A model generated the notes under the pieces. It saw only the letters and a list, made by a program, of their open reading frames with translations. It searched no databases and was not told where the DNA came from. DNA of 64,000 bases. Source: Longimicrobiales bacterium. Its GTDB lineage: Bacteria; Gemmatimonadota; Gemmatimonadetes; Longimicrobiales; Gaopeijiaceae. Shown here piece by piece: positions 50,578 to 60,991 of this stretch; positions within the stretch are counted from its first letter, which is position 1, and every line of letters starts with the position of its first letter. The stretch spans positions 224,001 to 288,000 of the forward strand of contig CBDCNQ010000001.1 in the NCBI GenBank assembly GCA_965219445.1, given 5' to 3'. The position numbers were made by a program, and so were the translations under genes.

Positions 50578-51579
50578 TCAACAGCCCTCTAGCACCAAGG
50601 CCGTGGGGTATCCGCCGGTGTGCCAGAAGACCATCCGATCCTCTTCTCGTATGCGGCCACTCCGGGCCCAGTCAAGCATGGCCGCGGCCGTTTTGCCCGT
50701 ATACGCAGGGTCGAGCAAGGCACCTTCGGTACGGGCGAGTGCGGCAGTCGCCTCCTCCGACGCATCGGAATGGATTCCGTATCCTGGCCCGACGTATTCG
50801 TCTGTGGGGTGCAGAAGCCCAGGTAGGAGTGGGGTCTGGGCTCCGAGCAGCTCGCCGGCGCGGCTCGCAAGACTCTCGGTGAGCTCCAGGATCTCCGCTC
50901 GGCCGATGTCGGGGCTCACGCCGACCAGCCTCACGTCCGCCCGCTCCAGGAGAGTAAACCCCAACCCCAATCCGGCGAATGTGCCGCACGAAGACGCCGA
51001 AACGAAGATCCAGGTGTCCCCAGGGTGGGGGTGGTCACGGAGTTGGACATCGAACTCGGTGGCGGCACGCACGTATCCCAGTGAGCCGAGCGGTGTCGAG
51101 GCACCGAGTGGGATGACGAGGGCGTGGCCCCCGCCGGCTTCGATTTCGGCGGCCACCTCGGCCATGGTCGGCTCGCGCTCCTCCGGTGAAGCGACCGGCC
51201 TGATCGCCGCCCCGAAGAGTCGATAGAGGTATGCATTCCCTTTATGCGGAGGTGTGGTATCACCGCTGAGCACGAGCACGCACTTCAACCCGAGGCGGGC
51301 CGCGGCCGCCGCCGTCAGTCGGGCGTGATTGGACTGCGGACCGCCGCAAGTGATCACGTGCGTGGCTCCCTGCAGGCGGTCGGGCGCCAGCTCGAACTCC
51401 AGCTTCCTGGCCTTGTTGCCTCCCAGTCCGAACCCCGACTCGGCGTCCATCTTCAAAAGGACGTCCGGCGGTGCTCGGCCGAGCAACTGGGCGAGATTGG
51501 GTGCCTGGATCAAAGGGGTCGGTTCCCGGACGAAGGGAGTTCGAGGCCACTCTTGGAGCGTGGCGAGCATCTGATTCAA
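50578..51579 (-). CDS. D-cysteine desulfhydrase/ACC deaminase family PLP enzyme
   Basis: GGNKARKLE, GGPQSNH, GPGYG, LDPAYTGK, FWHTGG. Confidence 0.92.
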   Translation of the reverse strand: MNQMLATLQEWPRTPFVREPTPLIQAPNLAQLLGRAPPDVLLKMDAESGFGLGGNKARKLEFELAPDRLQGATHVITCGGPQSNHARLTAAAAARLGLKCVLVLSGDTTPPHKGNAYLYRLFGAAIRPVASPEEREPTMAEVAAEIEAGGGHALVIPLGASTPLGSLGYVRAATEFDVQLRDHPHPGDTWIFVSASSCGTFAGLGLGFTLLERADVRLVGVSPDIGRAEILELTESLASRAGELLGAQTPLLPGLLHPTDEYVGPGYGIHSDASEEATAALARTEGALLDPAYTGKTAAAMLDWARSGRIREEDRMVFWHTGGYPTALVLEGC

Positions 51580-51665
51580 TGCGCTCCCCCTTCGGTCGTG
51601 TGCCTTGCCTCGGTCCTTGAGGCGATGCCGCCCGAGCTCCGGCCCGGCCGCCCCCCGCCGGGCGG

Positions 51666-52355
51666 TTAGCCTCCGGGTGCCGGGATCACGAAGATCCCGT
51701 CAGCGAGATCGGACCCAATGACCTCTGCGTTCCCCCGAATCCCGACAGAGACGGTCGTGGGTCCGTCGAAGGGTGCTCTTTCCTTGACCGTGAGCCGAGC
51801 TCCTGGTACCAGGCCCAACGTCTCGAGATAACGGAGGCGGGCAGGATCTTCATCCTGAACAGAACGAATCTGCACGGCCACGCCAGGCGCGACCTCGTTG
51901 AGTGTCACGAAGTCGGAGACCTCGATCTCACCGGATGGAGTGGGGATCGGCGCACCGTGAGGATCGTGGCTCGGGTGTTCAAGGATGGCGGCCATGCGAT
52001 CGATCAGCGCGTCGGACGCGGCGTGCTCCAAGCGTTCGGCCTCTGCATGAACGTCATCCCACGAATACCCAAGATGCATGTGCAGATATGTCTCGAGGAT
52101 CCGGTGTCGCCGGATGATCCTCAGGGCCTCCCGTGACCCGGCCTCCGTAAGCCGAACGCCACGGTACCGGGCGTGCTCCAGGTACCCGCACTCGGCGAGC
52201 CGTTTGACCATTCCGGTGACGGAAGCCGGTTGTACGTCGAGGGCTTCGGCCAGCGCGCTCGTCGAGGCGGACTCCTCTCTTTCCGTGAGGGAGTAGACCG
52301 CCTTCAGATAGTCTTCTACCGAGCGAGTGAGGCGCGGTTGCGGGGCTTCGTTCAT
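51666..52355 (-). CDS. DtxR/MntR-family metal-dependent repressor with FeoA/SH3 domain
   Basis: EDYLKAVY, SVTGMVKRL, RRHRILETYL, VHAEAERLEH, DPHGAPIP, LRYLETLGLVPG. Confidence 0.94.
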   Translation of the reverse strand: MNEAPQPRLTRSVEDYLKAVYSLTEREESASTSALAEALDVQPASVTGMVKRLAECGYLEHARYRGVRLTEAGSREALRIIRRHRILETYLHMHLGYSWDDVHAEAERLEHAASDALIDRMAAILEHPSHDPHGAPIPTPSGEIEVSDFVTLNEVAPGVAVQIRSVQDEDPARLRYLETLGLVPGARLTVKERAPFDGPTTVSVGIRGNAEVIGSDLADGIFVIPAPGG

Positions 52356-52463
52356 GTGTAAACATGGGCACGGCCACGCGACGGGGGAAGGCCGATGTTC
52401 GGCGTCTCAACGTTCGAGCTTCGACAATTCGCGCGGCGAGTCTGGACCGGGTAAGATTGCCTG

Positions 52464-52877
52464 ATGGACTACGAGAAAATTACGCAGGGAATTCGGGTCT
52501 TGGTTCGCCCGAGCTTTTCCCTTCCGTTCTCGGAGCCGGAGGATGGAAGGTTCGTCTTTACGTATCTGGTGGAGATGGAGAACCAGGGCGAGGAGGTGGC
52601 GAAGCTTCTCTTTCGTCACTGGCGCATTCACGACAGCCAAGGTGAGGATTCGGAGGTCGACGGTGAGGGGGTCGTGGGGGAACAACCCACCCTGGCCCCG
52701 GGAAAATCACATGTGTACGAGAGCTTTTGTGTCTTGAGTTCACCGGTAGGCTTCATGGAGGGGTACTATACGTTCGCCCGCCCCACGGGCGAGGAATTTC
52801 GGGTCCCGATCCCACGGTTCGACCTCTGGGCTCCCTGGAGGAGCGGGAGTGCTCCTGAGTCGGACGTGATGAACTGA
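52464..52877 (+). CDS. apaG: ApaG protein
   Basis: FVFTY, RHWRI.D, VDGEGVVGEQP, GFMEGYY, IPRFDL. Confidence 0.93.
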   Translation: MDYEKITQGIRVLVRPSFSLPFSEPEDGRFVFTYLVEMENQGEEVAKLLFRHWRIHDSQGEDSEVDGEGVVGEQPTLAPGKSHVYESFCVLSSPVGFMEGYYTFARPTGEEFRVPIPRFDLWAPWRSGSAPESDVMN

Positions 52878-53000
52878 ATTCCGGACACGGCGGGTAGCTC
52901 ATTTGGACCGACCGTGTGGTTTCGAGACGTTGGAATAACTGTCGAAAACAGCTAATTTCAACAGCTTTCAAGCGCGCTACCCTTGTCCGGGGAGGTGTAG

Positions 53001-53180
53001 TTGTCCGATTCAGTCGCTGTTGACGCCAAGCGCATCCTCTTGCGCTATGGCGCCCCGATCAATGTACTGGACAAAGTCTCCGACGATGAACGGATCGCTC
53101 TGGCCCGTGCCATCGCTAAGACCGCTCTTGCCGAGCGCGAGACCCGGCTCAAAGAGCTTCTCGCCGAGCGAGGGTACTGA
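53001..53180 (+). CDS. small helical protein (59 aa), absent from ORF track
   Basis: GGGGAGG RBS then TTG; MSDSVAVDAKRILLRYGAPINVLDKVSDDERIALARAIAKTALAERETRLKELLAERGY*. Confidence 0.75.
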   Translation: MSDSVAVDAKRILLRYGAPINVLDKVSDDERIALARAIAKTALAERETRLKELLAERGY

Positions 53181-55914
53181 AGTCCCCCGCTTTAACGAAA
53201 GTCATCTTACTCAGGTCGAGATGTCGCCGAACCGCAGCGTTGACGTCCCCGACCGTCAGGTTCTGGACGCGCTCCTCGAAATCGGCGTCCCATGAGAGTG
53301 TCCTATCCAAGTACAGTCCCTGGGTCAGCATGCTTACGAGGCTACCGTCCTGGGCTCGCGAAACCTCGCGCGACTGTAAATAGCCCAACTTCGCAACGCG
53401 CAACTCGTCGTTGTTGAACCCGTCATCCAAGACTCTTTGGATTTCCTCGCGGAGTGCAGCCTCCACGTTCTCTACGTTTTCTGGTGCCTGGATGGCGTAT
53501 GCGTAGAACGAGCCGCTTTCGTCGATAGGATGCCCGCTTATCCCTCCGCCGACGTTGTAGCTGAGACCATCCTGTTGCCGAATGCGCACTGCGAGGCGGG
53601 AGTTGAGGACTCCGCCACCGATCATGTACCCAGCCAGGATCAGCGCGGGGTAGTCAGGATCGTCGTCACGTAGAGCCAAGTTCTGCTGGGCGAGCAGGAA
53701 CGCGTTGGCCTTGTCCGGCGTCTCGAGTTGAATCACCTCCGCCGTCGCATCGAAGAACTCGGTGCTGATCCGTGTCGCCGGATAAGGGCTCTCCCAGTCT
53801 CCGAAGGCTTCCTCTATGACCTCACGGATCTCGTTAGAATCGAAGTCACCGACCACAGCTAAAGTACCGAGCTGTGGACCATAAAAATCACGATGGAAGG
53901 CCCTCGCCTCGTCGAGCGTTGCAGCCGCCAGGGCGGCCACACTCTCATCGACGGTTGGGGTGTAGTTCGGATGTCCCTGCGGTGCCGGGTTCATGTGCCG
54001 CCCCAGAGCGTTCTGTGCCAAGGCCGAAGGCTCCGAGCGCTGCTGCTCGAGAGCCGCCAGCTGCTGCTCCTTGAGCGTCTCGAACTCGTCCTCGGGAAAA
54101 GTGGGTTCTCGTACGATCTCGGCCATAAGGCGCAGGGCCTCACCCAGGCTCTCACGAATCGTCTGGACGCTTCCGAACGCCTGGCCCACGGATCCTCCCA
54201 CCCCCCCCGTGGCCTGCATCCGGTCGAACTCGTCCTGGATCTGTTGGCGTGTGTGGCCGAACGAGCCACGCATGAGCAATTGCCCGGCGAGGGATCCCGC
54301 CGTTTCCCGATCTGTGAGGGCCGCCTCGTCCCCTAGGATCACGCGGAAGCGCGCGTTCACCGTCTCGCCCCTCGTTTCCTTCGGGAGGAGCGCCACCCTC
54401 ATGCCGTTCGCGAGGGAGTACCGCGTGGTGCGTTGCTCGATGTTCGACGGGGAGGGGTCGAACGCTTCTCCCGCCGCGATGGCCTTCCGCCCCGTGTATC
54501 CGTCCAGCGCCGAGGCGATGTCGGGAAGATCGGGGACTTCGGCGCGGTCCGGCTCCTCGGTGGGGTAGAAGAGGCCGACCGTGCGGTTGTCGGGCTTGAG
54601 GTACTCCGCGGCCACACGCTGCACGTCCTGCGGCTCGACGGCCTCGATTCGGTCTCGGTGCAGGAAGAAGAGCCGCCAATCACCCATGGAAGCCCACTCG
54701 CTGAGTTGAAGGGCGATGCTCTCGGGGTTGTTGAACGTCTGTTCGAAGCCGTTGAGCAGGGACGTCTTGGCCCGATCGACTTCTTCGTCTGTGACTGGAG
54801 TGCGGAGAGCGTCGACGAGCACCTCGTTCATCGCGGTGACCGCCGCCGACAGGTCGTCCTCTGTTCTCACTTGTGCAAAAGTGAGGAGCGGCCCTGCCTC
54901 GCGGAGCTGGTAGGCGAAGGAGCCGGTCGAAGCCGCCAAGCCCGGCTCGACCAGCGCTCGATACAGACGTCCGGAGGGTTGGTCCCCGAGTACCTGCGAT
55001 AGGATGTCGATCGCCGCGTAGTCTGGATGGGAGCCGGGGGGAACATGGTACGACATCAGCACGACCTGGATGTCGCCCACTCGCCGGAGCGTCACCGAGC
55101 GCTCCCCGTCTTGGACGGGCTCCCGAGTGTAGGTCTCCCATAAAGTGTTTTCACCACTGCGATCCGGGCGTGGGATGCTTCCGAACCTCTCGGCGATCAA
55201 CTCCAGAGCCTGCTCGGTCTCGAACCTACCCGTTACGATGAGTAGGGCGTTGTCGGGCTGGTAGTACTTCTGATAGAAGGCCTGGAGGCGGTCGATGGGT
55301 ACGCCCTCTACGTCTGAGCGGGCGCCAATGACGGACTTCCCGTAGTTGTGCCACAGGTAAGCCGTTGCGAGGGAGCGGGAGAGAAGCACCCCGAACGGAC
55401 TGTTTTCTCCGGATTCCATCTCGTTCCGGACCACGGTCATCTCCGACCCCAGGTCCTCCCCGGAGATGAACGAGTTGACCATGCGATCGGCTTCGAGGTC
55501 CAAGGCCCACTCGATATTCTCTTCGGTGGCGGGAAAGGTCTCGAAGTAGTTGGTACGATCGAAGGAGGTAGTCCCGTTGGGGCGGGCTCCGTGCTCCGTC
55601 AGCTCCTCATCGATATTCGGGTGATCGGGGGTACCCTGGAACACCAGATGCTCCAGAAGATGGGCCATGCCGGTCTCACCGTATGCCTCATGCCGTGATC
55701 CGACGAAGTAGGTGACGTTGACGGTCACGGTGGGCTTGCTGGCATCCGGGAAGAGGAGGAACCGCAGTCCGTTGTCGAGGCTGTACTCGGTAATCCCCTC
55801 GACCTCTGTAATCGGTGTGATTTCTTGCCCCGCGGTCGGCGCGGCTACCATGAGGATCAAGAACGTCCACGTGGTCAGGCAGCGGTATCCGGATCGGACG
55901 TGATGACGGCACAT
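53149..55914 (-). CDS. exported M16 (pitrilysin-family) zinc peptidase
   Basis: Signal-like N-terminus; GMAHLLEH (HxxEH), NGTTSFDRTNYFE, SRL..RIRQQDGLSY. Confidence 0.93.
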   Translation of the reverse strand: MCRHHVRSGYRCLTTWTFLILMVAAPTAGQEITPITEVEGITEYSLDNGLRFLLFPDASKPTVTVNVTYFVGSRHEAYGETGMAHLLEHLVFQGTPDHPNIDEELTEHGARPNGTTSFDRTNYFETFPATEENIEWALDLEADRMVNSFISGEDLGSEMTVVRNEMESGENSPFGVLLSRSLATAYLWHNYGKSVIGARSDVEGVPIDRLQAFYQKYYQPDNALLIVTGRFETEQALELIAERFGSIPRPDRSGENTLWETYTREPVQDGERSVTLRRVGDIQVVLMSYHVPPGSHPDYAAIDILSQVLGDQPSGRLYRALVEPGLAASTGSFAYQLREAGPLLTFAQVRTEDDLSAAVTAMNEVLVDALRTPVTDEEVDRAKTSLLNGFEQTFNNPESIALQLSEWASMGDWRLFFLHRDRIEAVEPQDVQRVAAEYLKPDNRTVGLFYPTEEPDRAEVPDLPDIASALDGYTGRKAIAAGEAFDPSPSNIEQRTTRYSLANGMRVALLPKETRGETVNARFRVILGDEAALTDRETAGSLAGQLLMRGSFGHTRQQIQDEFDRMQATGGVGGSVGQAFGSVQTIRESLGEALRLMAEIVREPTFPEDEFETLKEQQLAALEQQRSEPSALAQNALGRHMNPAPQGHPNYTPTVDESVAALAAATLDEARAFHRDFYGPQLGTLAVVGDFDSNEIREVIEEAFGDWESPYPATRISTEFFDATAEVIQLETPDKANAFLLAQQNLALRDDDPDYPALILAGYMIGGGVLNSRLAVRIRQQDGLSYNVGGGISGHPIDESGSFYAYAIQAPENVENVEAALREEIQRVLDDGFNNDELRVAKLGYLQSREVSRAQDGSLVSMLTQGLYLDRTLSWDADFEERVQNLTVGDVNAAVRRHLDLSKMTFVKAGDFSTLARREAL

Positions 55915-55986
55915 GGCTCCCTCCTCCTCGCATAGGCACCCTTTCGGGGCCGGCGGCAAGTGGTCGTTCGGCGCCGGCTCGATCTC

Positions 55987-57723
55987 TCAGAACCCCGCGC
56001 CCGCTGCTTCCGTGGTGGACACCTCTAGAGTACGTAGACGATTCAGAGCGGCAGTGAGTTCCATCGGACGGAATTGAGCCAAATCGCCGACTCCCCGATC
56101 GTCCAGTTCGTCTAGGCCCTCCTTCTCGATCACCTTCATGACGAGGGTGAGAATCTCGCTCACGGAACGCCGCCCGTCCATGAACCGGTCGCGGGCCATG
56201 AGCAATCCGCGGCCCACGGCGAGCGTCTGAGCGCGAGACACGAGTTGGGTGACCGAGGAAAGGTCGATCCTTTCGTTTCCGAACACCAACGAACGCCCTG
56301 GGAAAACCTTGATCTCCGTTTCCCGCTTAGCCGTACTGGGATCGACCGAGGTGGGATTTGGAAGTCGTGTCTGGAACGGCTCGAGCGGTCCGGGCGCTTC
56401 CCTCTCTCGGCCGGTGGGAAGCTCCGACGCGACGCGCCGTGCGTCCGCGGTCACATCGGACGGACGGAAATCCTTCATAGCGATGACCGTGTCGGCGACG
56501 TCGAGATAATCGCCGCTCCCCCCGAGAACGATGACGCAACTGACGCCTCGCGTCTCCCAGAGCGATCTGACCCGGTCGATCAAAGGCGTAATGGGCTCCC
56601 CCTCCTTCGGGACCAGCTCCTGCATTCGCCGATCACGGATCATGAAGTTGGTAGCCGCAGTGTCTTCGTCGATCAGCAAAGTGGTCGCCCCTGCCTCGAG
56701 CGCCTCGACAATACCGGCCGCCTGACTCGTGGAACCGGACGCGTTCGGTGTCGAGAACGCGCGGGTGTCCTGTCCTTGAGGGAGCGCGCCGATGAAGGAA
56801 GAAATGTCGACCCCGGCCACGGAGCGGCCGTCTTCGGCTCTGATCTTTGCTGCCGACGGATCGGTCACCACAGATTCTCGGCCGTCTTGGTAACAATGAT
56901 TGTAGACACCGTGTTCGATAGCCCGAAGCAAGGTGCTCTTCCCGTGGTAGCCGCCTCCCACGATAAGGGTGACCCCGCGCGGAATCGCCATCCCCTGAAC
57001 CGTGCCGGCGTTAGGGAGTTCGACCTCCGCTGTCAGTCCGGCCGGCGTTGAGAACGGGATTGCAGTGTCCCCGAGCAGGGGTCGGTCGTCCACACCGCTT
57101 TTTCGGGCTAGGTGGGCTCCATCTGTGACGAAGGCGACCCAGCTCCGTGTTTCCAACTCCGCCCGCAACGCGTCGGCGTCCTCGTTGGTTAGCGCGTGCT
57201 GCAGGATGTCCTGATGTCCGACCGATCCGGCTCGGAGGCTGCGATCCACGACAGTGGGAACGTCCGCCGAAAGCAGTTCTATCGCCTCATGTCCGCTCGC
57301 GCGCCGCCCGCGGGCGGGCAGCCCGATCCGAAAGCGGGCCTCAACCGTGCCATCTTCGCCGACGATGACGGCGGTCTGCGCCAATACCTCCTGGCCCGGA
57401 GTCTCGATCTCGATGACGCCGCTCTTTCCGCTTCCCCGCTGGATCATGGTGCTCCGTGCCGCTTCATGGAAACGCTTTGCGAGCAGACTGGCAACGCCCA
57501 ACCTCCTCGATCGGGAGGTGAGCACATCGGGCTCGAGGGCGGCCGTCTCCCGGGAAAGGATCACTCGTACGCGACTCGGCGCGGCGAACGGGTCACCCTG
57601 GACGTGGTCTACACCTAGGGTGAAGTCGGGGAAGGCCCAGGTGCCTCGCAACCCTTTGTAGGCTTTGTATCCTTGTCCGTCGATCCCGTTCAGGAAATCG
57701 ACCAGGGCGTCCACGGTATTCAT
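55987..57723 (-). CDS. soluble ABC-class ATPase of unknown function (COG3044-like)
   Basis: HVQGDPFAAPS, GGGYHGKST, IRAEDGR, ASGSTSQAA, LLIDED..ATNFMIRD, AALNRLR. Confidence 0.9.
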   Translation of the reverse strand: MNTVDALVDFLNGIDGQGYKAYKGLRGTWAFPDFTLGVDHVQGDPFAAPSRVRVILSRETAALEPDVLTSRSRRLGVASLLAKRFHEAARSTMIQRGSGKSGVIEIETPGQEVLAQTAVIVGEDGTVEARFRIGLPARGRRASGHEAIELLSADVPTVVDRSLRAGSVGHQDILQHALTNEDADALRAELETRSWVAFVTDGAHLARKSGVDDRPLLGDTAIPFSTPAGLTAEVELPNAGTVQGMAIPRGVTLIVGGGYHGKSTLLRAIEHGVYNHCYQDGRESVVTDPSAAKIRAEDGRSVAGVDISSFIGALPQGQDTRAFSTPNASGSTSQAAGIVEALEAGATTLLIDEDTAATNFMIRDRRMQELVPKEGEPITPLIDRVRSLWETRGVSCVIVLGGSGDYLDVADTVIAMKDFRPSDVTADARRVASELPTGREREAPGPLEPFQTRLPNPTSVDPSTAKRETEIKVFPGRSLVFGNERIDLSSVTQLVSRAQTLAVGRGLLMARDRFMDGRRSVSEILTLVMKVIEKEGLDELDDRGVGDLAQFRPMELTAALNRLRTLEVSTTEAAGAGF

Positions 57724-57784
57724 CGGAGCCCATCCGACACCTGGGGTTCGTGCCGGTTCCAGAGTGCCCTACTTTGCCGGCGCT

Positions 57785-58369
57785 CTAATCCTCCCGCTCT
57801 TTCCAATGAAAGCCAGGCGGGTCCTTGGACACCAGCCACGAGAGGTACCATGGGCGTGGGGTCCGAGGCCGCTCGGCATCCTCGGAGCGTCGCCCGCGGC
57901 TCTTCCTCCGTTCCCAGGGCAATCGGGGCGGCTTCATCTCCCGTGGGGGCCCTACGTCGAAGCTGGCCTGGTCAGGTTCGGTCGGCTCTGCCGAAGATTG
58001 CCATTTGAACCCCGACGGATGGTCTGGGCGATCTTTGCCCTCCCCCGGACTGTCCGACCGCCAGTGAAAGATCGGGACGTCCTCGGAGGGGGGAGCTCCC
58101 CACTGGAATCCAGAGCCGCGATCGGCCGGTGGATCCAGAGGACCGAGGTCCGGGCCGCGGCGTCCTGGACCCTCCCAACTGCAGCGGGAGCACCACCGCC
58201 ATTGAAGCCAAGGCGATAGTAACCTCAGAAGTCGCCGGAGGACTACGGGGTTGGTTGCGCCACCACAGTGGGGGCACAGCCGTCCTCGCGGAAGCACCAA
58301 ATATGCCACAGAGGCGGTGACCACGAGGAACATCAAGAGGATACCTACGAGTGAGATGAAAAGAAACAC
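57785..58369 (-). CDS. membrane-anchored zinc-finger protein with Pro/Trp-rich tail
   Basis: GAGG + GTG; N-terminal TM; CPHCG...CSRC; repeated (G)FxW motifs. Confidence 0.65.
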   Translation of the reverse strand: MFLFISLVGILLMFLVVTASVAYLVLPRGRLCPHCGGATNPVVLRRLLRLLSPWLQWRWCSRCSWEGPGRRGPDLGPLDPPADRGSGFQWGAPPSEDVPIFHWRSDSPGEGKDRPDHPSGFKWQSSAEPTEPDQASFDVGPPREMKPPRLPWERRKSRGRRSEDAERPRTPRPWYLSWLVSKDPPGFHWKERED

Positions 58370-58577
58370 AAATTCGCCTCTCGATGAGCCAGCCAAGGAC
58401 GCTTCTGTAGAATACCATGGCTCCTGCGGCAGAGTCCAGCAAATCTTCCCGTGCCGGTTCAAGAGCCCTTGCGTTACCTTTCTTGGCACCCGGGTGCTCA
58501 TCCCCGGGATGACCCCGACCCGGGATCCGGTGGCCTGTGCTTTGGGTCGACCCTCGGAGCCATCTCCCAGTGAAAGC

Positions 58578-60407
58578 ATGAAAATCAGGAACATTGCCAT
58601 CATCGCCCACGTGGATCATGGCAAGACCACGCTCGTGGACGAGATGCTCCGCCAAACAGGTGTCTTTCGTGCGAACGAGAACGTACAGGAGCGCGTACTC
58701 GACTCCAACCCGCTCGAACGGGAACGTGGGATCACGATTCTTGCCAAGAACACCTCGATCCGCTGGGGCGACGTGAAAATCAACATCGTCGATACGCCGG
58801 GTCACGCCGATTTCGGCGGTGAGGTCGAGCGCACCTTACGCATGGTCGACGGGGTGCTGCTGCTCGTGGACGCTGTGGAGGGCCCGATGCCGCAGACGCG
58901 GTTCGTGACTCGAAAGGCGTTGGAGCTCGGACTCCAGCCAATTGTGATCGTCAACAAAGTCGACCGGTCGGACGCCCGCGCGATCGAGGTTCACGACGAG
59001 ATCCTCGAGCTCTTCATGAACCTCGATGCCTCCGACACCCAGCTGGATGCTCCCTTTCTTTACGCTGTCGGACGAGACGGCTGGGCGAGCCTCGATCCAG
59101 GCGCGTCGGAGGGCGATCTGGAGCCGCTCTTCGAGACCATCACCGAACACATCACCCCCCCGCTCGTCGATCCAGACGGCGCGTTCCAGATGCTGATTTC
59201 CACGCTCGACCACTCGAACTACGTGGGGCGTATCGGAATCGGACGGGTCGAGCGAGGGAGGGTGGCCGTCGGGGACGCGGTCGCGCTGCTTCCTCTAGGG
59301 AATCCAGGCTCGGTCGACCCGGAGGAGGCGACGCTTGGCCGGGTGGTACAACTCTATGGATTCGAGGGCTTGGAGCGCGTGGAGATCGAAGCCGCGGACG
59401 CCGGGGACATTGTGGCGGTTGCGGGAATCGAGGGAGTCGAAATCGGGAAGACCATCGCCGATGTCGACGTCCGCGAGCGGTTGCGCGGGATCGCGGTGGA
59501 GGAGCCCACCGTCTCGGTGGATTTCACCGTGAACGACTCACCCTTCGCGGGTCGGTCGGGTAAGTTCGTGACCACCCGGCAGGTTCGCGAACGGTTGATG
59601 AGGGAACTTGAGCGCAACGTTGCCCTTCGGGTCGAGGAGACCGGGGTACCCGATACCTTCACCGTATCGGGCCGGGGCGAGCTGCATCTCTCGATACTCA
59701 TGGAGACGATGCGTCGGGAGGGATACGAGTTCCAGGTCTCTCGGCCGCGGGTTATCGAAAAGAAGGGACCCGACGGCCTTCTGGAGCCGTTTGAAGAGGC
59801 CGTCATCGAAGTCCCGGAACGACACATCGGTGTGGTTATGGAGAAGATGGGTCCGCGACGTGCAGAGATGATCGAGATGAAGCCGACGGACAGGGGTCCT
59901 GTCCGGCTCCGGTTCCGGGTGCCTTCTCGGGGACTCTTCGGCTACCGGTCCGAGTTCTTGACGGATACCAGGGGCGAGGGGCTCCTCCACCACCGATTTC
60001 TGGAATACGGTCCGCATGCGGGGACGTTGATGGGCCGCAGGAAGGGCGTACTCGTGGCCGACCGGGAGGGACTTGCCGTTGGTTTTGCCCTCTTCAACCT
60101 CCAGGAGCGCGCCACAATGTTCGTAGCGCCAGGGCAAGCGGTATACTCCGGGATGATCGTGGGCGAGCACGTGCGCCCGGGTGACCTGGACGTCAACGCC
60201 TGTAAGGGCAAGAAACTCACCAACATGCGGACTACGGCCACGGATGAGAACATCAAACTGGAACCGCCAAGGGAACTGACGCTCGAACTCGCGCTGGAGT
60301 TCATCGAAGACGATGAGCTGATCGAGGTCACGCCGGAGCGGATCGGTTTGAGAAAGCGGCATCTCGACCCTATCGCGCGCAAGAAGGCTGCGCGTAAGAA
60401 GGCTTGA
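58578..60407 (+). CDS. typA: translational GTPase TypA/BipA
   Basis: [55 protein letters not shown]. Confidence 0.97.
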   Translation: MKIRNIAIIAHVDHGKTTLVDEMLRQTGVFRANENVQERVLDSNPLERERGITILAKNTSIRWGDVKINIVDTPGHADFGGEVERTLRMVDGVLLLVDAVEGPMPQTRFVTRKALELGLQPIVIVNKVDRSDARAIEVHDEILELFMNLDASDTQLDAPFLYAVGRDGWASLDPGASEGDLEPLFETITEHITPPLVDPDGAFQMLISTLDHSNYVGRIGIGRVERGRVAVGDAVALLPLGNPGSVDPEEATLGRVVQLYGFEGLERVEIEAADAGDIVAVAGIEGVEIGKTIADVDVRERLRGIAVEEPTVSVDFTVNDSPFAGRSGKFVTTRQVRERLMRELERNVALRVEETGVPDTFTVSGRGELHLSILMETMRREGYEFQVSRPRVIEKKGPDGLLEPFEEAVIEVPERHIGVVMEKMGPRRAEMIEMKPTDRGPVRLRFRVPSRGLFGYRSEFLTDTRGEGLLHHRFLEYGPHAGTLMGRRKGVLVADREGLAVGFALFNLQERATMFVAPGQAVYSGMIVGEHVRPGDLDVNACKGKKLTNMRTTATDENIKLEPPRELTLELALEFIEDDELIEVTPERIGLRKRHLDPIARKKAARKKA

Positions 60408-60919
60408 TGATGGCCCTCTTCCAGAAGGATCTCGTCTCCGAGAACAACCATCCCTTGAACCTCGTCGAGCGTGAGGCGAGTTATGAACCGTCCGTCGTCC
60501 GCCCGCCGATCTTCGAGGTGTATATGCGCATGGCCGAGGAGTTGGCCAAGCGAAGCACCTGCGCCCGGCGCAAGGTGGGGACGGTCATCACGGACCCCCA
60601 TCTCGAAAACGTGATCGCCATCGGTTACAACGGGAACGCTCGACGCTTTCCGAACGAGTGTGATGGACCGACCCCGGGGGCGTGCGGATGCATCCATTCG
60701 GAGCAAAACGCACTGGTCAAGGCTCCGGGAGGCATGGCGGACAAGGTGGCGTTCATCACCGCGAGCCCATGTGTGACCTGCGCCAAATTGCTCATCCAGG
60801 GCAACATCTCACATGCCTTCTACCGTGAGATCTATCGAGATCCGTCTGGCCTGGAGGTCCTGGCACGCGCGGGTGTAACCCCGGTCCGCTACGTGCGATG
60901 GATGCAGGATTGGCGTTGA
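60407..60919 (+). CDS. dCMP deaminase-family zinc deaminase
   Basis: RSTCARRKVG, IGYNG, HSEQNA, SPCVTC; TGATG overlap with typA. Confidence 0.9.
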   Translation: MMALFQKDLVSENNHPLNLVEREASYEPSVVRPPIFEVYMRMAEELAKRSTCARRKVGTVITDPHLENVIAIGYNGNARRFPNECDGPTPGACGCIHSEQNALVKAPGGMADKVAFITASPCVTCAKLLIQGNISHAFYREIYRDPSGLEVLARAGVTPVRYVRWMQDWR

Positions 60920-60991
60920 CGTTTTCCGGACTTCCAGAATTCATCCGTCACGTTATCTTCGGGCCTTCGTCACGGTTTAGGAGATCATTTT

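Noticed and set aside
58251..58577. N-terminal extensions in the ORF track (typA, korA, hemH, thiC, infA, fructosamine kinase, pseudo-helicase)
   Set aside because: They overlap neighbouring genes or regulatory RNA; family similarity and RBS or overlap positions support downstream starts.
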